64,000 nt of DNA from Eledone cirrhosa (taxonomy: Eukaryota). Location of the stretch: assembly GCA_964016885.1 (NCBI GenBank), contig OZ024741.1, positions 262,074,001 through 262,138,000 on the forward strand, given 5' to 3'. The notes below the pieces were generated by a model. That model was not told the DNA's origin and ran no database searches. It saw only the letters and a list, made by a program, of their open reading frames with translations. The position numbers and the translations under genes were made by a program. Shown here piece by piece: positions 25,801 through 39,000 of the stretch (position 1 is its first letter; each line of letters starts with the position of its first letter).

Positions 25801-28530
25801 TTTGACTTACGAATGTTTTGACTTACGGGTTTTTCGGCTTACGAGTGTTTCGACTTACGAGTCTTTCTGCTTACAAGTGTTTCGACTTACTATTGTTTTT
25901 ACTTACGAGTGTTTCGGCTTACGAGTGTTTCGACTTACGAGTGTTCTGACTTATGAGTGTTCTGACTTACGAGTGTTCTGACTTACGAGTGTTCCGACTT
26001 ACGAGTGTTTCGGCTTACGAGTGTTTCGACTTACGAGTGTTTCGACTTACTAATGTTTTTACTTACGAGTGTTTCGGCGTACGAGTGTTTCGACTTACGA
26101 GTATTTCGACTTACGGGTGTTTTGACTTACGGGTGTTTCGGCTTACGAGTGTTTCGACTTACGAGTGTTTGACTTAAGGGTGTTTCGACTTACGAGTATT
26201 TTTGGCTTACGAGTGTTTCGACTTACGAGTGTTTTGACTTACGAGTGTTCTGATTTACGGATGTTTCGACATACGAGTGTTTCGACTTACGAGTGTTTCG
26301 ACTTATGAGTGTTTCGACTTACGAGTGTTTCGACTTACGAGTGTTTCGGCTTATGAGTGTTTCGACTTACGAGTGTTTTGACTTACGGTGTTTCGGCTTA
26401 CGAGTGTTTCGACTTACGAGTGTTCTGACTTACGGGTGTTTTGACATACGAGTGTTTCGATACGAGTGTTCTGACTTACGAGTGTTCTGACTTACGAGTG
26501 TTTTGACTTACGTGTGTTCTGACTTACGAGTGTTCCGACTTACGAGTGTTCCGACTTACGAGTGTTTCGGCTTACGAGTGTTTCCGGCTTACGAGTGTTT
26601 CGACTTACGAGTGTTTTGACTTACGGTGTTTCGGCTTACGAGTGATTCGACTTACGAGTGTTTTGACTTACGGGTGTTTTGACTTACGGGTGTTGTGAAT
26701 TACGAGTGTTCCGATTTACGAGTGTTTTGACTTACGGTGTTTCGGCTTACGAGTGATTCGACTTACGAATGTTTTGACTTACGGGTGTTTCGGCTTGCGA
26801 GTGTTTCGACTTACGAGTGTTTCGGCTTATGAGTGTTTCGTCTTACTAATGTTTTTACTTACGAGTGTTTCGGCGTACGAGTGTTTTGACTTACGATTGT
26901 TTCGACTTACGAGTGTTTTGACTTACGAATGTTTTGACTTACGGGTGTTTCGGCTTACGAGTGTTTCGACTTACGAGTGTTTCGGCTTGCGAGTGTTTCG
27001 ACTTACTAATGTTTTTACTTACGAGTGTTTCGGCGTACGAGTGTTTCGACTTACGAGTGTTTCGACTTACGGGTGTTTTGACTTACGGGTGTTGTGAATT
27101 ACGAGTGTTCCGATTTACGAGTGTTTTGACTTACGGTGTTTCGGCTTACGAGTGATTTGACTTACGAATGTTTTGACTTACGAGTGTTTCGACTTACGAG
27201 TGTTTTGACTTACGAGTGTTCTGATTTACGGATGTTTCTACATACGAGTGTTTTCACTTACGGTGTTTCGGCTTACGAGTGATTCGACTTACGAGTGTTT
27301 TGACTTACGGGTGTTTTGACTTACGGGTGTTGTGAATTACGAGTGTTCCGATTTACGAGTGTTTTGACTTACGGTTTCGGCTTACGAGTGATTCGACTTA
27401 CGAATGTTTTGACTTATGGGTGTTTCGGATTGCGAGTGTTTCGACTTACGAGTGTTTCGGCTTATGAGTGTTTCGACTTACTAATGTTTTTACTTACGAG
27501 TGTTTGGGCGTACGAGTGTTTCGACATACGAGTGTTTTGACTTACGGGTGTTTCGACTTACGAGTGTTTTGACTTACGAATGTTTTGACTTACGGGTGTT
27601 TCGGCTTACGAGTGTTTCGACTTACGAGTCTTTCGGCTTACGAGTGTCTCGACTTACTAATGTTTTTACTTACGAGTGTTTCGGCGTACGAGTGTTTAGA
27701 CTTACGAGTATTTCGACTTACGGGTGTTTTGACTTACGGGTGTTTCGGCTTACGAGTGTTTCGACTTACGAGTGTTTGACTTAAGGGTGTTTCGACTTAC
27801 GAGTATTTTTGGCTTACGAGTGTTTCGACTTACGAGTGTTTTGACTTACGAGTGTTCTGATTTACGGATGTTTCGACATACGAGTGTTTCGACTTACGAG
27901 TGTTTCGACTTATGAGTGTTTCGACTTACGAGTGTTTCGACTTACGAGTGTTTCGGCTTATGAGTGTTTCGACTTACGAGTGTTTTGACTTACGGTGTTT
28001 CGGCTTACGAGTGTTTCGACTTACGAGTGTTTTGACATACGGGTGTTTTGACATACGAGTGTTTCGATACGAGTGTTCTGACTTACGAGTGTTCTGACTT
28101 ACGAGGGTTCCGACTTACGAGTGTTCCGACTTACGAGTGTTTTGGCTTACGGTGTTTCGGCTTACGAGTGTTTCGAGTTACGAGTGTTTTGACTTACGCG
28201 TGTTTTGACATACGAGTGTTTCGATACGAGGGTTCTGACTTTCTAGTGTTCTGACTTACGAGTGTTCTGACTTACGAGTGTTCGGACTTACGAATGTTCC
28301 GACTTTACGAGTGTTTCGGCTCACGAGTGTTTTGGCTTACGGTGTTTCGGCTTACGAGTGTTTCGAGTTACGAGTGTTTTGACTTACGCGTTTTTTGACA
28401 TACGAGTGTTTCGATACGAGTGTTCTGACTTACGAGCGTTCTGACTTACGAGTGTTCTGACTTACGAGTGTTCTGACTTACGAGTGTTCTGACTTACGAG
28501 TGTTCTGACTTACGAGTGTATCGACTTACG

Positions 28531-28599
28531 AAAATAACAAATAGACGCGGTTTCAAATCTCTATGCTTTTCAAATTCATTACATTAATCTTTATTTATA
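28531..28599. repeat. 69-bp AT-rich spacer, copy 13 (allele B)
   Basis: Direct read. Confidence 0.97.
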
Positions 28600-31500
28600 C
28601 GTTTCGCTTTACGAGTGTTTCGACTTACGAGTCTTTCGACATACGAGTGTATCAGCTTACGAGTGTTTTGATTTACGAGTGTTTTGACTTACGGGTGTTT
28701 CGACTTACGAGTGTTTCGGCTTACGAGTGTTTCGAATTACGAGTGTTTTGGCATACGAATGTTTTCACTGACGGGTGTTTCGACTTACGGGTGTTTCGGC
28801 TTACGAGTGTTTCGACTTACGAGTGTTTTGACTTAGGAGTGTTCTGACTTACGAGTGTTCTGACTTACGAGTGTTCCGACTAACAAGTGTTCCGACTTAC
28901 GAGTGTTTCGGCTTACGTGTGTTTCGGCTTACGAGTGTTTCGGCTTACGAGTGTTTTGACTTACGAGTGTTCTGACTACGAGTGTTCTGACTTACGAGTG
29001 TTCTGACTTACGAGTGTTCCGACTTACGAGTGTTTCGGCTTATGAGTGTTTCGACTTACGGGCGTTTCGACTTACGAGTGTTTTGACTTACGAGTGTTCT
29101 GACTTACGAGTGTTCTGACTTACGAGTGTTCCGACTTACGACTGTTTCGACTTACGAGTGTTTTGACTTACGAGTGTTCCGACTTACGAGTGTTTCGGCT
29201 TACGGGTCTTTCGACGTACGAGTATTTTTGGCTTACGAGTGTTTCGACTTACGAGTGTTTTGAATTACGATTGTTTCGGCTTACGAGTGTTTCGACTTAC
29301 GAGTATTTCGACTTACGAGTGTTTTGACTTACGGGTGTTTTGACATTCGAGTGTTTCGATACGAGTGCTCTGACTTACGAGTGTTCTGAATTACGAGTGT
29401 TCTGACTTACGAGTGTTCGGACTTACAGGTGTTCTGACTTACGTGTGTTCCGACTTACGAGTGTTTCGGCTATGGGTGTTTCGACTTACGAGTGTTTCGA
29501 CTTACGAATGTTTTGGCTTACGAGTGTTTCGGCTTACGAGTGTTTCGACTTACGAATGTTTTGGCTTACGGTGTTTCGGCTTACGAGTGTTTCGACTTAC
29601 GAGTGTTTTGACTTACGGTGTTTCGGCTTACGAGTTATTCGACATACGAGTGTTTCGACTTATGAGTGTTTCGACTTACGAGTGTTCTGACTTACGAGTG
29701 TTCTGACTTACGAGTGTTCCGACTTACGAGTGTTTCGGTTTACGAGTGTTTCGACATACGAGTGTTTTGACTTACGGGTGTTTCGACTTACGGGTGTTTC
29801 GACTTACGAGTGTTTCGGCTTACGAGTGTTTCGACTTACTAATGTTTTTATTTACGAGTGTTACGGTGTACGAGTGTTTCGACTTAAGGATGTTTCGACT
29901 TACGAGTGTTTCGACTTACGAGTGTTTCGGCTTACGTGAGTTTTGACTTAAGAGTGTTCTTACGAGTGTTTTGACTTACGAATGTTTTGACTTACGGGTG
30001 TTTCGGCTTACGAGTGTTTCGACTTACCAGTGTTTCGGCTTGCGAGTGTTTCGACTTACTAATGTTTTTCCTTACGAGTTTTCGGCGTACGAGTGTTTCG
30101 ACTTACGAGTGTTTCGACTTACGGGTGTTTTGACTTACGGGTGTTTCGGCTTACGAGTGTTTCGACTTACGAGTGTTTCGGCTTATGAGTGTTTCGACTT
30201 ACGAGTGTTTTGACTTACGAGTGTTCTGACTTACGAGTGTTCTGACTTACGGGTGTTCTGACTTACGAGTGTTCCGACTTACGAGTGTTTCGGCTATGAG
30301 TGTTTTGACTTACGGGTGTTTCGACTTACGGGTGTTTCGACTTACGAGTGTTTCGACTTACGAGTGTTTCCGCTTACGAGTGTTTCGGCTTACGAGTGTT
30401 TCGACATACTAATGTTTTTACTTACGAGTGTTTCGGTGTACGAGTGTTTCGACTTAAGGATGCTTCGACTTACGAGTGTTTCGACTTACGAGTGTTTCGA
30501 CTTACGAGTGTTTCGAATTACGAGTGTTTTGGCTTACGAATGTTTTCACTTACGGGTGTTTCGACTTACGGGTGTTTAGGCTTACGAGTGTTTCGACTTA
30601 CGAGTGTTTTGACTTACGAGTGTTCTGACTTACGAGTGTTCTGACTACGAGTGTTCTGACTTACGGGTGTTCTGACTTACGAGTGTTCCGACTTACGAGT
30701 GTTTCGGCTTATGAAGGTTTCGACTTACGGGCGTTTCGACTTACGGGTGTTTCGACTTACGAGTGTTTTGACTTACGAGTGTTCTGACTTACGAGTGTTC
30801 TGTCTTACGAGTGTTCCGACTTACGACTGTTTCGACTTACGAGTGTTTCGACTTAAGAGTGTTTTGAATTACGATTGTTTCGGCTTACGAGTGTTTCGAC
30901 TTACGAGTATTTCGACTTACGAGTGATTCGGCTATGGGTGTTTCGACTTACGAGTGTTTCGACTTACGAATGTTTTGGCTTACGAGTGTTTCGGCTTACG
31001 AGTGTTTCGACTTACGAATGTTTTAGCTTACGAGTGTTTCGACTTACGGGCGTTTCGACTTACGAGTGTTTCGACTTACGAGTGTTTTGACTTACGGTGT
31101 TTCGGCTTACGAGTTATTCGACATACGAGAGTTTCGACTCACGGGTGTTTCGACTTACGGGTGTTTCGACTTACGAGTGTTTCGACTTATGAGTGTTTCG
31201 ACTTACGAGTGTTCTGACTTACGAGTGTTCTGACTTACGAGTGTTCCGACTTACGAGTGTTTCGGTTTACGAGTGTTTCGACATACGAGTGTTTTGACTT
31301 ACGGGTGTTTCGACTTACGGGTGTTTCGACTTACGAGTGTTTCGGCTTACGAGTGTTTCGACTTACTAATGTTTTTACTTACGAGTGTTTCGGTGTACGA
31401 GTGTTTCGACTTAAGGATGTTTCGACTTACGAGTGTTTCGACTTACGTGTGTTTCGGCTTACGTGAGTTTCGACTTAAGAGTGTTCTGATTTACGAGTGT

Positions 31501-34500
31501 TCTGACTTGCGGGTGTTCTGATTTACGAGTGTTCCGACTTACGAGTGTTTCGGCTTACGAGTGTTTCGACTTACGGTGTTTCGGCTTACGAGTGTTTCGA
31601 CATACGAGTGTTTTGACTTACGGGTGTTTCGACTTACGAGTGTTTTGACTTACGAATGTTTTGACTTACGGGTGTTTCGGCTTACGAGTGTTTCGACTTA
31701 CGAGTGTTTCGGCTTACGAGTGTTTCGACTTACTAATGTTTTTACTTACGAGTGTTTCGGCGTACGAGAGTTTTGACTTACGAGTGTTTCGACTTGCGGG
31801 TGTTTCGACTTACGAGTGTTTTGACTTACGAATGTTTTGACTTACGGATTTTTCGGCTTACGAGTGTTTCGACTTACGAGTCTTTCTTCTTACAAGTGTT
31901 TCGACTTACTATTGTTTTTACTTACGAGTGTTTCGGCTTACGAGTGTTTCGACTTACGAGTGTTCTGACTTATGAGTGTTCTGACTTACGAGTGTTCTGA
32001 CTTACGAGTGTTCCGACTTACGAGTGTTTCGGCTTACGAGTGTTTCGACTTACGAGTGTTTCGACTTACTAATGTTTTTACTTGCGAGTGTTTCGGCGTA
32101 CGAGTGTTTCGACTTACGAGTATTTCGACTTACGGGTGTTTTGACTTACGGGTGTTTCGGCTTACGAGTGTTTCGACTTACGAGTGTTTGACTTAAGGGT
32201 GTTTCGACTTACGAGTATTTTTGGCTTACGAGTGTTTCGACTTACGAGTGTTTTAACTTACGAGTGTTCTGATTTACGGATGTTTCGACATACGAGTGTT
32301 TCGACTTACGAGTGTTTCGACTTATGAGTGTTTCGACTTACGAGTGTTTCGACTTACGAGTGTTTCGGCTTATGAGTGTTTCGACTTACGAGTGTTTTGA
32401 CTTACGGTGTTTCGGCTTACGAGTGTTTCGACTTACGAGTGTTTTGACTTACGGGTGTTTTGACATACGAGTGTTTCGATACGAGTGTTCTGACTTACGA
32501 GTGTTCTGACTTACGAGTGTTTTGACTTACGTGTGTTCTGACTTACGAGTGTTCCGACTTACGAGTGTTCCGACTTACGAGTGTTTCGGCTTACGAGTGT
32601 TTCCGGCTTACGAGTGTTTCGACTAACGAGTGTTTTGACTTACGGTGTTTCGGCTTACGAGTGATTCAACTTACGAGTGTTTTGACTTACGGGTGTTTTG
32701 ACTTACGGGTGTTGTGAATTACGAGTGTTCCGATTTACGAGTGTTTTGACTTACCGTGTTTCGGCTTACGAGTGATTCGACTTACGAATGTTTTGACTTA
32801 CGGGTGTTTCGGCTTGCGAGTGTTTCGACTTACGAGTGTTTCGGCTTATGAGTGTTTCGTCTTACTAATGTTTTTACTTACGAGTGTTTCGGCGTACGAG
32901 TGTTTTGACTTACGATTGTTTCGACTTACGAGTGTTTTGACTTACGAATGTTTTGACTTACGGGTGTTTCGGCTTACGAGTGTTTCGACTTACGAGTGTT
33001 TCGGCTTGCGAGTGTTTCGACTTACTAATGTTTTTACTTACGAGTGTTTCGGCGTACGAGTGTTTCGACTTACGAGTGTTTCGACTTACGGGTGTTTTGA
33101 CTTACGGGTGTTGTGAATTACGAGTGTTCCGATTTACGAGTGTTTTGACTTACGGTGTTTCGGCTTACGAGTGATTTGACTTACGAATGTTTTGACTTAC
33201 GGGTGTTTCGGCTTGCGAGTGTTTCGACTTACGAGAGTTTTGACTTACGAGTGTTTCGACTTACGAGTGTTTTGACTTACGAGTGTTCTGATTTACGGAT
33301 GTTTCTACATACGAGTGTTTTCACTTACGGTGTTTCGGCTTACGAGTGATTCGACTTACGAGTGTTTTGACTTACGGGTGTTTTGACTTACGGGTGGTGT
33401 GAATTACGAGTGTTCCGATTTACGAGTGTTTTGACTTACGGTGTTTCGGCTTACGAGTGATTCGACTTACTAATGTTTTTACTTACGAGTGTTTGGGCGT
33501 ACGAGTGTTTCGACATACGAGTGTTTTGACTTACGGGTGTTTCGACTTACGAGTGTTTTGACTTACGAATGTTTTGACTTACGGGTGTTTCGGCTTACGA
33601 GTGTTTCGACTTACGAGTCTTTCGGCTTACGGGCGTTTCGGCTTATGAGTGTTTCGACTTACTAATGTTTTGACTTATGGGTGTTTCGGCTTGCGAGTGT
33701 TTCGACTTACGAGTGTTTCGGCTTATGAGTGTTTCGACTTACTAATGTTTTTACTTACGAGTGTTTGGGCGTACGAGTGTTTCGACATACGAGTGTTTTG
33801 ACTTACGGGTGTTTCGACTTACGAGTGTTTTGACTTACGAATGTTTTGACTTACGGGTGTTTCGGCTTACGAGTGTTTCGACTTACGAGTCTTTCGGCTT
33901 ACGAGTGTCTCGACTTACTAATGTTTTTACTTACGAGTGTTTCGGCGTACGAGTGTTTAGACTTACGAGTATTTCGACTTACGGGTGTTTTGACTTACGG
34001 GTGTTTCGGCTTACGAGTGTTTCGACTTACGAGTGTTTGACTTAAGGGTGTTTCGACTTACGAGTATTTTTGGCTTACGAGTGTTTCGACTTACGAGTGT
34101 TTTGACTTACGAGTGTTCTGATTTACGGATGTTTCGACATACGAGTGTTTCGACTTACGAGTGTTTCGACTTATGAGTGTTTCGACTTACGAGTGTTTCG
34201 ACTTACGAGTGTTTCGGCTTATGAGTGTTTCGACTTACGAGTGTTTTGACTTACGGTGTTTCGGCTTACGAGTGTTTCGACTTACGAGTGTTTTGACATA
34301 CGGGTGTTTTGACATACGAGTGTTTCGATACGAGTGTTCTGACTTACGAGTGTTCTGACTTACGAGGGTTCCGACTTACGAGTGTTCCGACTTACGAGTG
34401 TTTTGGCTTACGGTGTTTCGGCTTACGAGTGTTTCGAGTTACGAGTGTTTTGACTTACGCGTGTTTTGACATACGAGTGTTTCGATACGAGGGTTCTGAC

Positions 34501-34775
34501 TTTCGAGTGTTCTGACTTACGAGTGTTCTGACTTACGAGTGTTCTGACTTACGAATGTTCCGACTTTACGAGTGTTTCGGCTCACGAGTGTTTTGGCTTA
34601 CGGTGTTTCGGCTTACGAGTGTTTCGAGTTACGAGTGTTTTGACTTACGCGTTTTTTGACATACGAGTGTTTCGATACGATTGTTCTGACTTACGAGTGT
34701 TCTGACTTACGAGTGTTCTGACTTACGAGTGTTCTGACTTACGAGTGTTCTGACTTACGAGTGTATCGACTTACG

Positions 34776-34844
34776 AAAATAACAAATAGACGCGGTTTCA
34801 AATCTCTATGCTTTTCAAATTCATTACATTAATCTTTATTTATA
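34776..34844. repeat. 69-bp AT-rich spacer, copy 14 (allele B)
   Basis: Direct read. Confidence 0.97.
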
Positions 34845-36002
34845 CGTTTCGCTTTACGAGTGTTTCGACTTACGAGTCTTTCGACATACGAGTGTTTCAG
34901 CTTACGAGTGTTTTGATTTACGAGTGTTTTGACTTACGGGTGTTTCGACTTTCGCGTGTTTCGACTTACGAGTGTTTCGACTTACGAGTGTTTCGACCTA
35001 CGAGTGTTTCGGCTTACGAGTGTTTCGAATTACGAGTGTTTTGGCATACGAATGTTTTCACTGACGGGTGTTTCGACTTACGGGTGTTTCGGCTTACGAG
35101 TGTTTCGACTTACGAGTCTTTCGGCTTACGAGTGTCTCGACTTACTAATGTTTTTACTTACGAGTGTTTCGGCGTACGAGTGTTTAGACTTACGAGTATT
35201 TCGACTTACGGGTGTTTTGACTTACGGGTGTTTCGGCTTACGAGTGTTTCGACTTACGAGTGTTTGACTTAAGGGTGTTTCGACTTACGAGTATTTTTGG
35301 CTTACGAGTGTTTCGACTTACGAGTGTTTTGACTTACGAGTGTTCTGATTTACGGATGTTTCGACATACGAGTGTTTCGACTTACGAGTGTTTCGACTTA
35401 TGAGTGTTTCGACTTACGAGTGTTTCGACTTACGAGTGTTTCGGCTTATGAGTGTTTCGACTTACGAGTGTTTTGACTTACGGTGTTTCGGCTTACGAGT
35501 GTTTCGACTTACGAGTGTTTTGACATACGGGTGTTTTGACATACGAGTGTTTCGATACGAGTGTTCTGACTTACGAGTGTTCTGACTTACGAGGGTTCCG
35601 ACTTACGAGTGTTCCGACTTACGAGTGTTTTGGCTTACGGTGTTTCGGCTTACGAGTGTTTCGAGTTACGAGTGTTTTGACTTACGCGTGTTTTGACATA
35701 CGAGTGTTTCGATACGAGGGTTCTGACTTTCTAGTGTTCTGACTTACGAGTGTTCTGACTTACGAGTGTTCGGACTTACGAATGTTCCGACTTTACGAGT
35801 GTTTCGGCTCACGAGTGTTTTGGCTTACGGTGTTTCGGCTTACGAGTGTTTCGAGTTACGAGTGTTTTGACTTACGCGTTTTTTGACATACGAGTGTTTC
35901 GATACGAGTGTTCTGACTTACGAGTGTTCTGACTTACGAGTGTTCTGACTTACGAGTGTTCTGACTTACGAGTGTTCTGACTTACGAGTGTATCGACTTA
36001 CG

Positions 36003-36071
36003 AAAATAACAAATAGACGCGGTTTCAAATCTCTATGCTTTTCAAATTCATTACATTAATCTTTATTTATA
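36003..36071. repeat. 69-bp AT-rich spacer, copy 15 (allele B)
   Basis: 1227 bp after copy 14. Confidence 0.97.
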
Positions 36072-39000
36072 CGTTTCGCTTTACGAGTGTTTCGACTTAC
36101 GAGTCTTTCGACATACGAGTGTATCAGCTTACGAGTGTTTTGATTTACGAGTGTTTTGACTTACGGGTGTTTCGACTTACGAGTGTTTCGGCTTACGAGT
36201 GTTTCGAATTACGAGTGTTTTGGCATACGAATGTTTTCACTGACGGGTGTTTCGACTTACGGGTGTTTCGGCTTACGAGTGTTTCGACTTACGAGTGTTT
36301 TGACTTAGGAGTGTTCTGACTTACGAGTGTTCTGACTTACGAGTGTTCCGACTAACAAGTGTTCCGACTTACGAGTGTTTCGGCTTACGTGTGTTTCGGC
36401 TTACGAGTGTTTCGGCTTACGAGTGTTTTGACTTACGAGTGTTCTGACTACGAGTGTTCTGACTTACGAGTGTTCTGACTTACGAGTGTTCCGACTTACG
36501 AGTGTTTCGGCTTATGAGTGTTTCGACTTACGGGCGTTTCGACTTACGAGTGTTTTGACTTACGAGTGTTCTGACTTACGAGTGTTCTGACTTACGAGTG
36601 TTCCGACTTACGACTGTTTCGACTTACGAGTGTTTTGACTTACGAGTGTTCCGACTTACGAGTGTTTCGGCTTACGGGTCTTTCGACGTACGAGTATTTT
36701 TGGCTTACGAGTGTTTCGACTTACGAGTGTTTTGAATTACGATTGTTTCGGCTTACGAGTGTTTCGACTTACGAGTATTTCGACTTACGAGTGTTTTGAC
36801 TTACGGGTGTTTTGACATTCGAGTGTTTCGATACGAGTGCTCTGACTTACGAGTGTTCTGAATTACGAGTGTTCTGACTTACGAGTGTTCGGACTTACAG
36901 GTGTTCTGACTTACGTGTGTTCCGACTTACGAGTGTTTCGGCTATGGGTGTTTCGACTTACGAGTGTTTCGACTTACGAATGTTTTGGCTTACGAGTGTT
37001 TCGGCTTACGAGTGTTTCGACTTACGAATGTTTTGGCTTACGGTGTTTCGGCTTACGAGTGTTTCGACTTACGAGTGTTTTGACTTACGGTGTTTCGGCT
37101 TACGAGTTATTCGACATACGAGTGTTTCGACTTATGAGTGTTTCGACTTACGAGTGTTCTGACTTACGAGTGTTCTGACTTACGAGTGTTCCGACTTACG
37201 AGTGTTTCGGTTTACGAGTGTTTCGACATACGAGTGTTTTGACTTACGGGTGTTTCGACTTACGGGTGTTTCGACTTACGAGTGTTTCGGCTTACGAGTG
37301 TTTCGACTTACTAATGTTTTTATTTACGAGTGTTACGGTGTACGAGTGTTTCGACTTAAGGATGTTTCGACTTACGAGTGTTTCGACTTACGAGTGTTTC
37401 GGCTTACGTGAGTTTTGACTTAAGAGTGTTCTTACGAGTGTTTTGACTTACGAATGTTTTGACTTACGGGTGTTTCGGCTTACGAGTGTTTCGACTTACC
37501 AGTGTTTCGGCTTGCGAGTGTTTCGACTTACTAATGTTTTTCCTTACGAGTTTTCGGCGTACGAGTGTTTCGACTTACGAGTGTTTCGACTTACGGGTGT
37601 TTTGACTTACGGGTGTTTCGGCTTACGAGTGTTTCGACTTACGAGTGTTTCGGCTTATGAGTGTTTCGACTTACGAGTGTTTTGACTTACGAGTGTTCTG
37701 ACTTACGAGTGTTCTGACTTACGGGTGTTCTGACTTACGAGTGTTCCGACTTACGAGTGTTTCGGCTATGAGTGTTTTGACTTACGGGTGTTTCGACTTA
37801 CGGGTGTTTCGACTTACGAGTGTTTCGACTTACGAGTGTTTCCGCTTACGAGTGTTTCGGCTTACGAGTGTTTCGACATACTAATGTTTTTACTTACGAG
37901 TGTTTCGGTGTACGAGTGTTTCGACTTAAGGATGCTTCGACTTACGAGTGTTTCGACTTACGAGTGTTTCGACTTACGAGTGTTTCGAATTACGAGTGTT
38001 TTGGCTTACGAATGTTTTCACTTACGGGTGTTTCGACTTACGGGTGTTTAGGCTTACGAGTGTTTCGACTTACGAGTGTTTTGACTTACGAGTGTTCTGA
38101 CTTACGAGTGTTCTGACTACGAGTGTTCTGACTTACGGGTGTTCTGACTTACGAGTGTTCCGACTTACGAGTGTTTCGGCTTATGAAGGTTTCGACTTAC
38201 GGGCGTTTCGACTTACGGGTGTTTCGACTTACGAGTGTTTTGACTTACGAGTGTTCTGACTTACGAGTGTTCTGTCTTACGAGTGTTCCGACTTACGACT
38301 GTTTCGACTTACGAGTGTTTCGACTTAAGAGTGTTTTGAATTACGATTGTTTCGGCTTACGAGTGTTTCGACTTACGAGTATTTCGACTTACGAGTGATT
38401 CGGCTATGGGTGTTTCGACTTACGAGTGTTTCGACTTACGAATGTTTTGGCTTACGAGTGTTTCGGCTTACGAGTGTTTCGACTTACGAATGTTTTAGCT
38501 TACGAGTGTTTCGACTTACGGGCGTTTCGACTTACGAGTGTTTCGACTTACGAGTGTTTTGACTTACGGTGTTTCGGCTTACGAGTTATTCGACATACGA
38601 GAGTTTCGACTCACGGGTGTTTCGACTTACGGGTGTTTCGACTTACGAGTGTTTCGACTTATGAGTGTTTCGACTTACGAGTGTTCTGACTTACGAGTGT
38701 TCTGACTTACGAGTGTTCCGACTTACGAGTGTTTCGGTTTACGAGTGTTTCGACATACGAGTGTTTTGACTTACGGGTGTTTCGACTTACGGGTGTTTCG
38801 ACTTACGAGTGTTTCGGCTTACGAGTGTTTCGACTTACTAATGTTTTTACTTACGAGTGTTTCGGTGTACGAGTGTTTCGACTTAAGGATGTTTCGACTT
38901 ACGAGTGTTTCGACTTACGTGTGTTTCGGCTTACGTGAGTTTCGACTTAAGAGTGTTCTGATTTACGAGTGTTCTGACTTGCGGGTGTTCTGATTTACGA